NCBI GenBank assembly: GCA_963668025.2
Contig: CAXXTH010000010.1
Location: 1,280,001-1,344,000, forward strand
DNA: 64,000 bases
Source: Candidatus Hydrogenedentota bacterium
Lineage (GTDB): Bacteria; Hydrogenedentota; Hydrogenedentia; Hydrogenedentales; SLHB01
Reading direction: 5' to 3'
The first letter of the stretch is position 1. Each line of letters opens with the position of its first letter. The position numbers were made by a program, and so were the translations under genes. The notes under the pieces were generated by a model. It worked only from the letters and a program-made list of their open reading frames with translations, was not told where the DNA came from and ran no database searches. Below are positions 49,240-58,104 of the stretch, piece after piece.

Positions 49240-50154
49240 ATGCAGGCGGATGGGACGAAAATGGCAAGCCATATGAACGGGACGCCGAAGGGGAAAGGCG
49301 CAAGGTCTTTTCTCCCCATTTATGGGTTGTATCTTGTTCTGCTGGCGGCGGCCTATTGGCAGCCTATCCGTGAAATGCTGGCGGTTTGGGGCGGGGTGGA
49401 CTCGTACTACACCCATGGCTATTTGGTGCCCTTTGTTTGCCTTGCGGTGGCATGGCAGCGCCGGGCGGAACTGATGCGCGAGCCGCGCGAACCCGATGTG
49501 CTGGGGTATGCCTATATTGGAGCCGCTGCATTTCTATTGTTATTGGGAAGCTTTCTCGGATTCAGGGTGCTCTCCCAATTATCGTTGCTACCCATGCTCG
49601 CCGGATTATGTTTGGTGCTGGAAGGCAGGGGGCGGACCCGGAAGCTCTGGTTTCCGATTGCGTATCTCATTTTCATGATACCGATTCCGCCTTCGCTCAC
49701 CCAGAGCGTGGCGTTAAAGCTTAAATTGCTGGCTACCGAGGCCTCTGTGGATATCGCTAATCTGCTTACCTTTCCGATAGTTCGCAAAGGTTCGTATGTG
49801 TATTGGACAAACGCCTCCGGGCAGACGGACCAGCTTGTGGTGGGAGAAGTCTGTGGGGGCCTGCGTTCGCTGATTGCCTTGCTGGCTTTTGGCGCGATCA
49901 TGGCCTATTTTAGCCGGACGCGCCCTTGGGCAAAGATCGTGTTATTTGTCCTTTCTGGCCCCATTGCAGTAGCCGCAAACGTTTTTCGGATTCTATTCTT
50001 GTGCGTGGTGGGGTATTTCTACGGGAGTGAAGTGGCGGGAGGAACAGTCCACGATGTGTCGGGATACTTGATATTTATTGTTGCGTTTGTGCTTTTCTTT
50101 GCTATTGAGTCGCAGTTCCGGCGTTTTGCCCCAGCCGAAAACCGCGCGGCTTAG
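49240..50154 (+). CDS. xrt: Exosortase (EpsH family)
   Basis: YYTHGYLVP, FPIAYLIFMIPIP; putative triad Cys (VGEVCGGLRSL), Arg (ANVFRI), His (VHDVSG). Confidence 0.88.
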   Translation: MQADGTKMASHMNGTPKGKGARSFLPIYGLYLVLLAAAYWQPIREMLAVWGGVDSYYTHGYLVPFVCLAVAWQRRAELMREPREPDVLGYAYIGAAAFLLLLGSFLGFRVLSQLSLLPMLAGLCLVLEGRGRTRKLWFPIAYLIFMIPIPPSLTQSVALKLKLLATEASVDIANLLTFPIVRKGSYVYWTNASGQTDQLVVGEVCGGLRSLIALLAFGAIMAYFSRTRPWAKIVLFVLSGPIAVAANVFRILFLCVVGYFYGSEVAGGTVHDVSGYLIFIVAFVLFFAIESQFRRFAPAENRAA

Positions 50155-50193
50155 GCAGGTTATCATGCTGGAGATGGCTCCTTTTTAACGCGG

Positions 50194-53076
50194 GTGAACA
50201 GGATGAATGGAATGAACAAGATGGACAGAATAAAGCGGGCCGCCCATTATGCGGGATTGTTGCTGGCATGCGCCTGTTGCCTAGCGTTGCTTGCGGGCTG
50301 TTCGGAACGCCGAAGCAAGCAGCAGAGTGAATTGGGCGACACCTATCTCCGCCTCGGGAATGTGCAGCAGGCAGCGGATGCGTATGACAGTGCGTTGAAG
50401 CTGAATCCGGACAACATGGCGGCGAAACTGGGCCGGTCCCGCTGTTTCGCGGCGCAAAACAATCCAGATTCGGCGCTTCAAGGTTATAAAGAGGTGATAT
50501 CCAGCGGCCAATTCGTGGAAGCCGCCCATGTGGACGCGATAGAGCTGCTCATGAAAATAAACCGCACGGATGAAGCCATGGCCCTGGCCACCGAATTCGC
50601 GGGCAAGAGCGCGGAACTGGGCGGTTTGGTGTTATCCCGCCTGGAAACGGCTACGGGCAAGAATGACGCAGCACTTGAACGGCTTGAAAAATTGCGCACT
50701 CAATTCGACAAGTCGGTTCCCGTACGTGTGCTCTTGGCGAAAGCGTTGCTTACTGCCGGGCGCGATCAAGATGCGGAAAAAGAATTGAAGGAGGTTCTCG
50801 ATTCCGTCGATTCGGATTCGCTGCCTGCCCGGATGGCGCTGGTGGAAGTGTATCGTAAACAAGGCCGTTTGGATGAGCTTCTGAGCCAGCTCGAAGCGCT
50901 TGCCAAAGAGAATCCCAATAATCCGAATATGAAATTGGCGCTTGCCCGCGGGTATCTTGCCGCGGGGAAAATGGATGACGCGGAAAAGATCGCCCGGACG
51001 GTTTTGGGTGAATCGCCCGAGTCGGGTTGGGCGAATTTTATCTTGGGCGCTTGCCTGGTCGAGAAAAAGCAGTACGACGAGGCGGCGGCTTGTTTACAAG
51101 CGGCGGCCAAAGCGCTGCCGGATGAACCGCAAGCCGCTGAACTGCTGGCCGTGGCCATGAACAAGGGGGTTGCGCCTACGCCGCAGGCGGCTGCTGCTGC
51201 ATCGAGCGGAGGAGCGGGAGCCGCGGACTGGCAGGCGATGTGGATCAGCGCCGATCTGGCGGCGTTAATGAATCAGCGTGCGCGCCTGATGCAATTGCCG
51301 GATGAAAACATTAAAGAGCTGCTGCTCTGCACCGCGCTGTTTTTACGCCAAGCGGACATTGTGGATGAAATAACCGCCCAGCTTCCCAATGATTCGCCTT
51401 TCCGCAAATTCGCGGAACTCTTAAAGGCAGGCGATCTGAACGCTGTCATCAAGTTTACGGACGGATGGAAAGAAGAAAACGGCCTTCGTAAAGAATTGCG
51501 CGACAATTGCCTGGGATTTGCATTAGGTTCGGGCGGCGCACGGGCGGCCGCATTTCAAGTCTTGTCGGAATGCTTGCTGGCATGGCCGGACCATGGAGCC
51601 GCGCTGTACAATCTATCGACCATATATGGCGCCGCCAAGATGACGGAGCTTCAAGCGCAATGCCTGAAGCAGCTCGTGCGCATGCATCCAGGCAATGTGG
51701 ACGCCCAGCTTTTATTGTACAGCGTGTTGGTGGCTTCGGGTAGAATCGATGAGGCGCGCAATCAAGCGCAAGTCACCTTCACGCAATACCCCAGCAATGC
51801 GCGTGCATTATCGAATCTCGCCTCGATTTACCGCACCACGGGCGACGTGAAAGGCGCGCGTGACGTGCTTGCACGCGCCATTCAAAGTGTTCCTGGCGAT
51901 GCCGGGATTCGTTTCCAATTGGCGCAATTGCTGCTCGATTCCGGAGAGAGCGGCCAGCAGGTGGACGAAGTGCTGGCGGGCGTGGACGCCTCCTCGGAGA
52001 TGACGAAATTGCGTGTGGATTCCATCAAAGCATTCGCATCGGCTCTATCTGGCGCTTGGGGGCCTGCACAAGAATTATGGACAAAGGCAAAAGAGATGAG
52101 CCCGCCAATATCGGTCCGCTTGCTATGCGCTGCGTCGTTGCTTCAAGCGGGCCAGCAGGCGGATGCGGCAGCTACGCTGGATGGGCCGGATGGCAAGCCG
52201 ATTGATACGCCAGCTTCGCGGGTGCTGCTGGCGGCCTTTGGAAAGGCTACGGGTGAGATGTCGGCTGATGAGAACGCCCTGGCCCAAAAGCTCGCGGCGG
52301 ATCCCGTGTCGGCAAGCGATTTCGCCCTGGCGCAGGCATGCCTCCAGTCAGATATGCAAACCCCGGCTCTCCGGATCCTACAGTCCATCAATGTGAAATT
52401 GGATGGGCCTTCGGGCCTGGCTTTGCCCATGCTCGAGGCTATCGCACGGAGCCAGGCCGATGGCGATAAATTGGCCATGGCGAAAGCATATGTCGAACAA
52501 TACGCCAATAACGCCACCGCATGGCTTGCGCTGGCTGCCATGAGCGGCGTCATGCAGAATACAACAGCCGAAGGCGAGGCGTACGAGCAGGCGATCAAAA
52601 CGGCTCCGGATCGATATGAAGCGTGGCTGCGGTACAGCCTTTTCCTCGATAAGCAGAAAGACTTCGGAAACCTCATCAACGCCAACCGGCGCATGCTCGA
52701 GCTGAAACCTGATGATCCGGTGGCGGAGAACAATTTGGCGTATACGCTGCTGCGCACGAACGGCAGCCCCCAAGAGGCCATGGACTTGGCCCAGAAAGCT
52801 ATTGCTAAAATGGGCCGGCAAGCGCACTTGTTACATACGCTAGGCTTGGCTCAATTGCGATTGGGCATGCTGGAGGATGCCGGGAAAAACCTCGCGGAAG
52901 CCGTGGAGGTCCGTCCGGGCGATCCGACGCTCCTGTTGGATTTTGGCCAAGCCCTGTTAGCGAAGGGAGAAAAAGATAAAGGCAAAATGCGCATCCAGCT
53001 TGCTCTCCGTTACGCGGACCAGCTTGGACTCGATTTCCCGAGGCGGGATGAAGCCGTGAAGGCATTGTCCGAGTAG
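50194..53076 (+). CDS. Large TPR lipoprotein (PrsT-like)
   Basis: Lipobox LLAGC; TPR repeats; C-terminal AENNLAYTL..HTLG typical of PrsT-like proteins. True start is probably ~50221. Confidence 0.78.
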   Translation: MNRMNGMNKMDRIKRAAHYAGLLLACACCLALLAGCSERRSKQQSELGDTYLRLGNVQQAADAYDSALKLNPDNMAAKLGRSRCFAAQNNPDSALQGYKEVISSGQFVEAAHVDAIELLMKINRTDEAMALATEFAGKSAELGGLVLSRLETATGKNDAALERLEKLRTQFDKSVPVRVLLAKALLTAGRDQDAEKELKEVLDSVDSDSLPARMALVEVYRKQGRLDELLSQLEALAKENPNNPNMKLALARGYLAAGKMDDAEKIARTVLGESPESGWANFILGACLVEKKQYDEAAACLQAAAKALPDEPQAAELLAVAMNKGVAPTPQAAAAASSGGAGAADWQAMWISADLAALMNQRARLMQLPDENIKELLLCTALFLRQADIVDEITAQLPNDSPFRKFAELLKAGDLNAVIKFTDGWKEENGLRKELRDNCLGFALGSGGARAAAFQVLSECLLAWPDHGAALYNLSTIYGAAKMTELQAQCLKQLVRMHPGNVDAQLLLYSVLVASGRIDEARNQAQVTFTQYPSNARALSNLASIYRTTGDVKGARDVLARAIQSVPGDAGIRFQLAQLLLDSGESGQQVDEVLAGVDASSEMTKLRVDSIKAFASALSGAWGPAQELWTKAKEMSPPISVRLLCAASLLQAGQQADAAATLDGPDGKPIDTPASRVLLAAFGKATGEMSADENALAQKLAADPVSASDFALAQACLQSDMQTPALRILQSINVKLDGPSGLALPMLEAIARSQADGDKLAMAKAYVEQYANNATAWLALAAMSGVMQNTTAEGEAYEQAIKTAPDRYEAWLRYSLFLDKQKDFGNLINANRRMLELKPDDPVAENNLAYTLLRTNGSPQEAMDLAQKAIAKMGRQAHLLHTLGLAQLRLGMLEDAGKNLAEAVEVRPGDPTLLLDFGQALLAKGEKDKGKMRIQLALRYADQLGLDFPRRDEAVKALSE

Positions 53077-53101
53077 AGATCATAAGGAGCCGCCGGAGCG
53101 G

Positions 53102-54058
53102 TTGATGAAAGAATTGATAAATACTAGCAGCGCCAGCGCTCGGGGGGAGAGTGTGCCTATCCGGGTGATCACGCCTCCCAAAGGGTGGGCCCCGCTCGAT
53201 TTACGGGAGGTGTGGCGCTACCGGGAACTGCTGTTTTTTCTCACGTGGCGCGATGTGAAGGTCCGGTATAAGCAGACCGTGCTGGGCGCGTCGTGGGCGA
53301 TCATCCAGCCGTTTTTGAGCATGGTGATCTTCAGCATCATCTTTGGCCAGCTCGCCAAGCTGCCGTCCGGGGGGATACCATATCCGCTATTGACATATAG
53401 CGCCTTGGTGCCCTGGACTTTCTTTTCGACGGGCCTTACCAAATCGTCTGATAGCCTTGTCGGGAGCGCATATCTGATCAAGAAGGTCTATTTCCCGCGC
53501 CTGCTCATACCCATATCGAGCGTGTTGTCGGGCGTGGTGGATTTTGCGCTGGCCTTCGTTGTGCTCATCGGGATGATGGCGTATTACGGTTATTGGCCAG
53601 GCGCAGGCATATGGAGCTTGCCGGTGCTGCTTGTTCTTTCCGGCATGGCTTCGCTGGGCGTAGGGCTTTGGTTATCCGCCATGAACGTCCAATTTCGTGA
53701 TGTGAAATATGTGGTGCCTTTTTTGGTGCAATTTTGGCTGTATGCCAGCCCTGTGGCTTATATTGGAACGATAATCCCTGAGAAATGGCGGCTGGTATAT
53801 GCGTTGAATCCTATGGTGGGAGTAGTGGCGGGATTCCGCTGGGCATTGTTGGGCAATCCAGCTTCGTCCGCGGAGCCGATGGTTCAGGAGCTCCTCGCTA
53901 AGGCGCAGTTCCTCCTAGGCTATCCAGTTTCGTCCGCGGAGCCGATGGCGTTTCCGGGCATGGAGATACTCGTCTCCACTTTGGTGTCCGCGGCGCTGCT
54001 GGTGAGCGGCGCCTATTATTTCCGGCGCATGGAAAAGTCCTTTGCGGACGTGGTGTGA
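53102..54058 (+). CDS. wzm: Polysaccharide ABC permease Wzm
   Basis: WRYRELLFFLTWRDVKVRYKQTVLG, LIKKVYFPR, FRDVKY, LNPM and FRRMEKSFADVV. Confidence 0.92.
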   Translation: MMKELINTSSASARGESVPIRVITPPKGWAPLDLREVWRYRELLFFLTWRDVKVRYKQTVLGASWAIIQPFLSMVIFSIIFGQLAKLPSGGIPYPLLTYSALVPWTFFSTGLTKSSDSLVGSAYLIKKVYFPRLLIPISSVLSGVVDFALAFVVLIGMMAYYGYWPGAGIWSLPVLLVLSGMASLGVGLWLSAMNVQFRDVKYVVPFLVQFWLYASPVAYIGTIIPEKWRLVYALNPMVGVVAGFRWALLGNPASSAEPMVQELLAKAQFLLGYPVSSAEPMAFPGMEILVSTLVSAALLVSGAYYFRRMEKSFADVV

Positions 54059-54061
54059 CCC

Positions 54062-55330
54062 ATGAGCGAAACCGCCATACGAGTAGAAAACCTGAGCAAG
54101 ATGTACCGCATCGGCGCGGTGCAAAATGGCTACAGCACCTTACGGGATGTCATCGCGGATACGGCGGCGGCTCCATTTAAACGGATGTATAAGCTATTGC
54201 GCGGCGAGGCGACGGGGGCCTCGGGCCTGGATGAGACGTTGTGGGCGCTTGATGATGTGAACTTCGAGATCCAGCATGGCGAGGTCATCGGCATCATCGG
54301 ACGGAATGGCGCGGGTAAAAGCACCCTGCTGAAGGTTCTGTCGCGTATCACCGAGCCGACCACGGGCTCCATCACCATCCGGGGGCGTGTTGGCTCTTTG
54401 CTCGAAGTGGGCACCGGTTTTCATCCCGAGCTGACGGGCCGCGAGAACACGTTTCTTAACGGGGCGATCCTGGGCATGCACCGGACCGAAGTGAAGCGCA
54501 AATTCGATGATATCGTCGAATTCGCGGAGATTGGCCGTTTCGTGGATACGCCGGTCAAACACTATTCTTCAGGCATGTACACCCGCCTGGCTTTTGCGGT
54601 CGCGGCCCATCTGGAGACCGAGATCCTGCTGGTGGATGAAGTGCTGGCCGTGGGCGATGCGAAATTCCAGGAAAAATGCCTCAGCAAGATGCAGGATGTG
54701 ACGGAAGGCGAAGGCCGGACGGTGCTCTTCGTGAGCCATAACATGTCTGCCGTACAGAGTATTTGCAAAAAAGTCATCGTCATGAAGGATGGGCGCAATT
54801 CGGAGTTGCATAGTCCCGATGAGGGAGTGCGGCAGTATTTATCCGAAGGGTATGAGGCCGCCTCGAAGCCATTCATCGAGCGCCCCAGATTCCAAAGCGC
54901 CGCCCGCCCGCCGATCCTCGCCGGATTGCGTGTGAATGGCTCCGCCGCTTCCGAGACGTTTATTCCAGCGGGCAGTTCCGTCGAATTTGAGGTGGAGCTG
55001 CAGGATTTCTCCAATCTACCCTATGTTGCCGTAACCATCGCATTGTCGGATGACCAGCTCCGCCGCGTGGTGACGTTCCATTCCTTAATCCACTCGGGCG
55101 TGACGGTTGCAGGAGCGAAAAACGCCCGGGCGTATTGCACGGTGGACATGCTGCCGCTAATCCCGGGCACATACCACATTGAATTGGTGTTGCACGACGG
55201 TTATCACGTGGTGGAGCGTTTGGAGCAAGCAGCGAAAATCACGGTGACGTTCGAAGATCTTTTTGGCACAGGGCTGCTGCCCGCTGCACGGCATGGATAT
55301 CTTATAACGCCGTGCCGCTGGCGCGTGTGA
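54062..55330 (+). CDS. wzt: Polysaccharide ABC ATPase Wzt with a C-terminal carbohydrate-binding domain
   Basis: GRNGAGKSTLLK, TGFHPELTGREN, YSSGMYTRLAF and VDEVLAVGD; Wzt_C-like LIPGTYHIEL. Confidence 0.92.
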   Translation: MSETAIRVENLSKMYRIGAVQNGYSTLRDVIADTAAAPFKRMYKLLRGEATGASGLDETLWALDDVNFEIQHGEVIGIIGRNGAGKSTLLKVLSRITEPTTGSITIRGRVGSLLEVGTGFHPELTGRENTFLNGAILGMHRTEVKRKFDDIVEFAEIGRFVDTPVKHYSSGMYTRLAFAVAAHLETEILLVDEVLAVGDAKFQEKCLSKMQDVTEGEGRTVLFVSHNMSAVQSICKKVIVMKDGRNSELHSPDEGVRQYLSEGYEAASKPFIERPRFQSAARPPILAGLRVNGSAASETFIPAGSSVEFEVELQDFSNLPYVAVTIALSDDQLRRVVTFHSLIHSGVTVAGAKNARAYCTVDMLPLIPGTYHIELVLHDGYHVVERLEQAAKITVTFEDLFGTGLLPAARHGYLITPCRWRV

Positions 55331-55362
55331 GTTGGCGGGGAGGTGCGCCCGGACGCAACGAT

Positions 55363-56316
55363 ATGCCTGTATTCACGGTAGTCATGCCCATATACAATAC
55401 CGCCCAGTATGTTCAGGAAGCGCTGCGTTCAGTGCTGGAACAGGAAGGGGCGGACCTCGATATCATCGTGGTCGATGATGGCTCCACGGACGGTTCGCCG
55501 GATATCGTGCGTTCCTTTAATGATCCCCGCATTCGCTTGGTCATGCAAGAGCATCTAGGCGTCACGCCGGCTCGCAATCAAGGCCTGGCGCTCGCTCGAG
55601 GAGAATTCTACACGCAATGCGACGCGGATGACCTTTTCCCTCCCGGCAGGCTGGCATGGCAGCAGGATTGGCTGCGGGCGCATCCTGAATTTGGCGTGGT
55701 GTGCGGTGCGACAAAATCGATTGATCCGCAAGGGCGGTTCATCGCGGAACTGCATTACCGCCCTCATGCCATGGAAGTGACGGAAGAGCTTCGCGCCGGG
55801 AAGATTCCCGCACATAACAATGCCTGGGCGATTCGGACGCCGCTTCTTCGGGAAATAGGCGGGTTCCGTCCTTATTTTAAAGTCTCCGAGGATATTGATC
55901 TTATGCTACGCCTGGGCGGGCATACGCGGGTGTGGTATGACCCTCGCATTTCTTATTATTTGCGGCTGCGTGATTCTTCCATAACCCATACGAAAAGCGT
56001 GAGTTATGTACAGTTTTTTCGTGGCAAGGCCTTCGAATTCCAACGGCAGCGCATGGAAAGCGGCATGGATGACCTGGAGCGGGGAGCGCCGCCTGCGCCC
56101 GTGGCGGATGAGGCGCGTGGCGCGGCATGCGTGCATGACCAAATCAGCCAGCATATGGCGGGGCAGGCGTGGATCGAACGGGAGAAGGGACGCCCGTTCC
56201 GGGCATGCATCACTGCGCTGCGCGCCTGCATGCGGAGCCCCCGGCGGCTGGCCTATTGGCGCACTCTAGGCGTGCTGGCGGTTCTGGGCCTGATACGGCC
56301 GGTTCGCAAAGGATAA
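55363..56316 (+). CDS. GT2-family glycosyltransferase
   Basis: VVMPIYN, VVDDGSTD, ARNQGL, DADD and SEDIDL. Confidence 0.9.
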   Translation: MPVFTVVMPIYNTAQYVQEALRSVLEQEGADLDIIVVDDGSTDGSPDIVRSFNDPRIRLVMQEHLGVTPARNQGLALARGEFYTQCDADDLFPPGRLAWQQDWLRAHPEFGVVCGATKSIDPQGRFIAELHYRPHAMEVTEELRAGKIPAHNNAWAIRTPLLREIGGFRPYFKVSEDIDLMLRLGGHTRVWYDPRISYYLRLRDSSITHTKSVSYVQFFRGKAFEFQRQRMESGMDDLERGAPPAPVADEARGAACVHDQISQHMAGQAWIEREKGRPFRACITALRACMRSPRRLAYWRTLGVLAVLGLIRPVRKG

Positions 56317-56322
56317 TCGTGC

Positions 56323-57855
56323 ATGAACAGCCCATCGCCCAATACGAATGGCAAGCCCTTGCGCCGGATGGCGTGGCTGCTGATTCCGCTGGCGTTCTTT
56401 GTCTTGTCCGTCCTGGTGGCCCAACGCATGGGATTGTGGAAAGGCTATTTCGTATCGCTTCTGCAAACTCTGGATGAAAATGAACTGCGCGAGCATCTCG
56501 GGCGGAGCCTCCTGTTTCTGCATGGCCAGCCGCCGCTGTTCAATGTCCTCTTCGCCATGGTGCTAAAGGCCAGTGCGGCCACGGGGATCCCGCGCGAGGC
56601 CATCGCGAAAGCATTGTTTCTCCTCCTTGGCATGGGCGGCGTTACGCTTTTGTTTCATCTGATTCGGCGCATGACAGGCTCCATGGCGGCTGCGGCGCTT
56701 GTAGTGGCCCTTACGCTCATGAACCCGGCCTATCACATCGAGGCAAGCCGCTTGTATTACACGTTCATTTTGCATTTTTTGATGCTGGCCGTGTTGGTGC
56801 TCGCATGGCGCTATCTCGAACGCGGCAGCGGATGGACCCTTCTCGGATGCGTCCTTGTTCTGGCGGCGATTGTGAACATACGCACGCTCTACCATCCGTT
56901 ATGGGCCATGGGCGCTTTTACGATTGTGGCGGGTTGGCGGCTTTGGAGCGGCAGGAACGCGCGAAGGGAATGGCGTCCCGTGGCGGTGTGCGCCCTCGTG
57001 CTGCTGGCCGCTCTGGCCGCCTGGCCCATGAAAAATTATATCGTTTTCGGGAAATTCACCTATTCCACGTGGACCGGCTTCAATCTGAACCACTTGCTTC
57101 CGGGCGTGGACCCATTTTTACTGTCGGATATCGATAAGACCATTCACGATTTTCATGCGGAGGAGGCCGTCGAGGCGAAGCTGGAATCTCTCGAACCATG
57201 GTTCGGCGGTTCGCGTCCGCGCGTGTTGGTAGAGCCCAAGAAGAGCGATGGCGTGCCCAATTGGAATCATGTTGCATTCCTGGTTCTAGACCAAGAACTG
57301 GTGCGGCAAGGAATGGCCTGGCGCGTGCAGCACCCGAGGTGGTATTTCGAGCGGGTGGCGCTTCATTATTTTCAATGGTTCCGCGCCTCGCACCTGAGCG
57401 GATATTTTCCCGGCGTCATCAATTATGACCCCGGAACGCCGTCTTTCCAGCGCTATGAACGTTTGTTTCGACGCGTGTTTCATCCGGGCCTGCGGCGCGC
57501 CATCGCATGGTGCTGGCCGGGCTGCCCGCTATTGCGCTGGGCGCGCGTGGAATATACCGGCATGGAAGTCGAGCTGGATGCTTTCGCCTTTTTGGGTTTT
57601 CCGTTGCTGGTGCTGGGCTGCCTGGCGTTTCTGATTATCCATGCACGCAAGCGCCGGGCAATAGAAGGGCTCGTGTTGCTGGCCCTGTTCTGCCACGTGT
57701 TTCCGCTACTTGCCGCGAGCTTGGTGGATGGATTCGAAGGGAATCGCATGCGGTTCCCAGTATCCACCATGTTATGGGTAATGGCGGCATATTGTTTATG
57801 GGAGCTCGCCCCGCTTGTCTCGCGGCGTTTGGGCAAGAAGCCAGGCATATCGTAA
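56323..57855 (+). CDS. Polytopic membrane protein, GT-C (ArnT/PMT-like) candidate
   Basis: Many TM segments, HGQPPLF early loop motif, periplasmic loop, RMRFP near the C-terminus; last gene of the EPS locus. Confidence 0.55.
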   Translation: MNSPSPNTNGKPLRRMAWLLIPLAFFVLSVLVAQRMGLWKGYFVSLLQTLDENELREHLGRSLLFLHGQPPLFNVLFAMVLKASAATGIPREAIAKALFLLLGMGGVTLLFHLIRRMTGSMAAAALVVALTLMNPAYHIEASRLYYTFILHFLMLAVLVLAWRYLERGSGWTLLGCVLVLAAIVNIRTLYHPLWAMGAFTIVAGWRLWSGRNARREWRPVAVCALVLLAALAAWPMKNYIVFGKFTYSTWTGFNLNHLLPGVDPFLLSDIDKTIHDFHAEEAVEAKLESLEPWFGGSRPRVLVEPKKSDGVPNWNHVAFLVLDQELVRQGMAWRVQHPRWYFERVALHYFQWFRASHLSGYFPGVINYDPGTPSFQRYERLFRRVFHPGLRRAIAWCWPGCPLLRWARVEYTGMEVELDAFAFLGFPLLVLGCLAFLIIHARKRRAIEGLVLLALFCHVFPLLAASLVDGFEGNRMRFPVSTMLWVMAAYCLWELAPLVSRRLGKKPGIS

Positions 57856-58042
57856 CACTTTAACCGAATGAGGTAGCATCTTATATTTAACAGCCTTGTT
57901 TATTCTTTTTTTTGCTGGTATTGAGACATCATTTTTCATCTGACGACCGACGAGGGCGTCGGTCCCACACTTTTTAAAGTGAGCCCAGTGTGGGACCGGC
58001 GCCCTCGCCGGTCATTCTTCACCACTTGGCTGAAGTGTTACG
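57851..58042. repeat. ~190-bp MITE-like element with ~20-bp terminal IRs containing an inverted GTGG-REP pair
   Basis: CGTAACACTTTAACCGAATG ... CACTTGGCTGAAGTGTTACG. Internal GTGTGGGACCG(G/A)CGCCCTCG(C/T)CGGTC at 57945-57971 (-) and 57987-58013 (+). Confidence 0.55.
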
Positions 58043-58104
58043 ATTTTTGTATATGCCGAATCATGCCGCTAATGCAAGCGTGTCCCGAAGGGACACCCCA
58101 TTAC

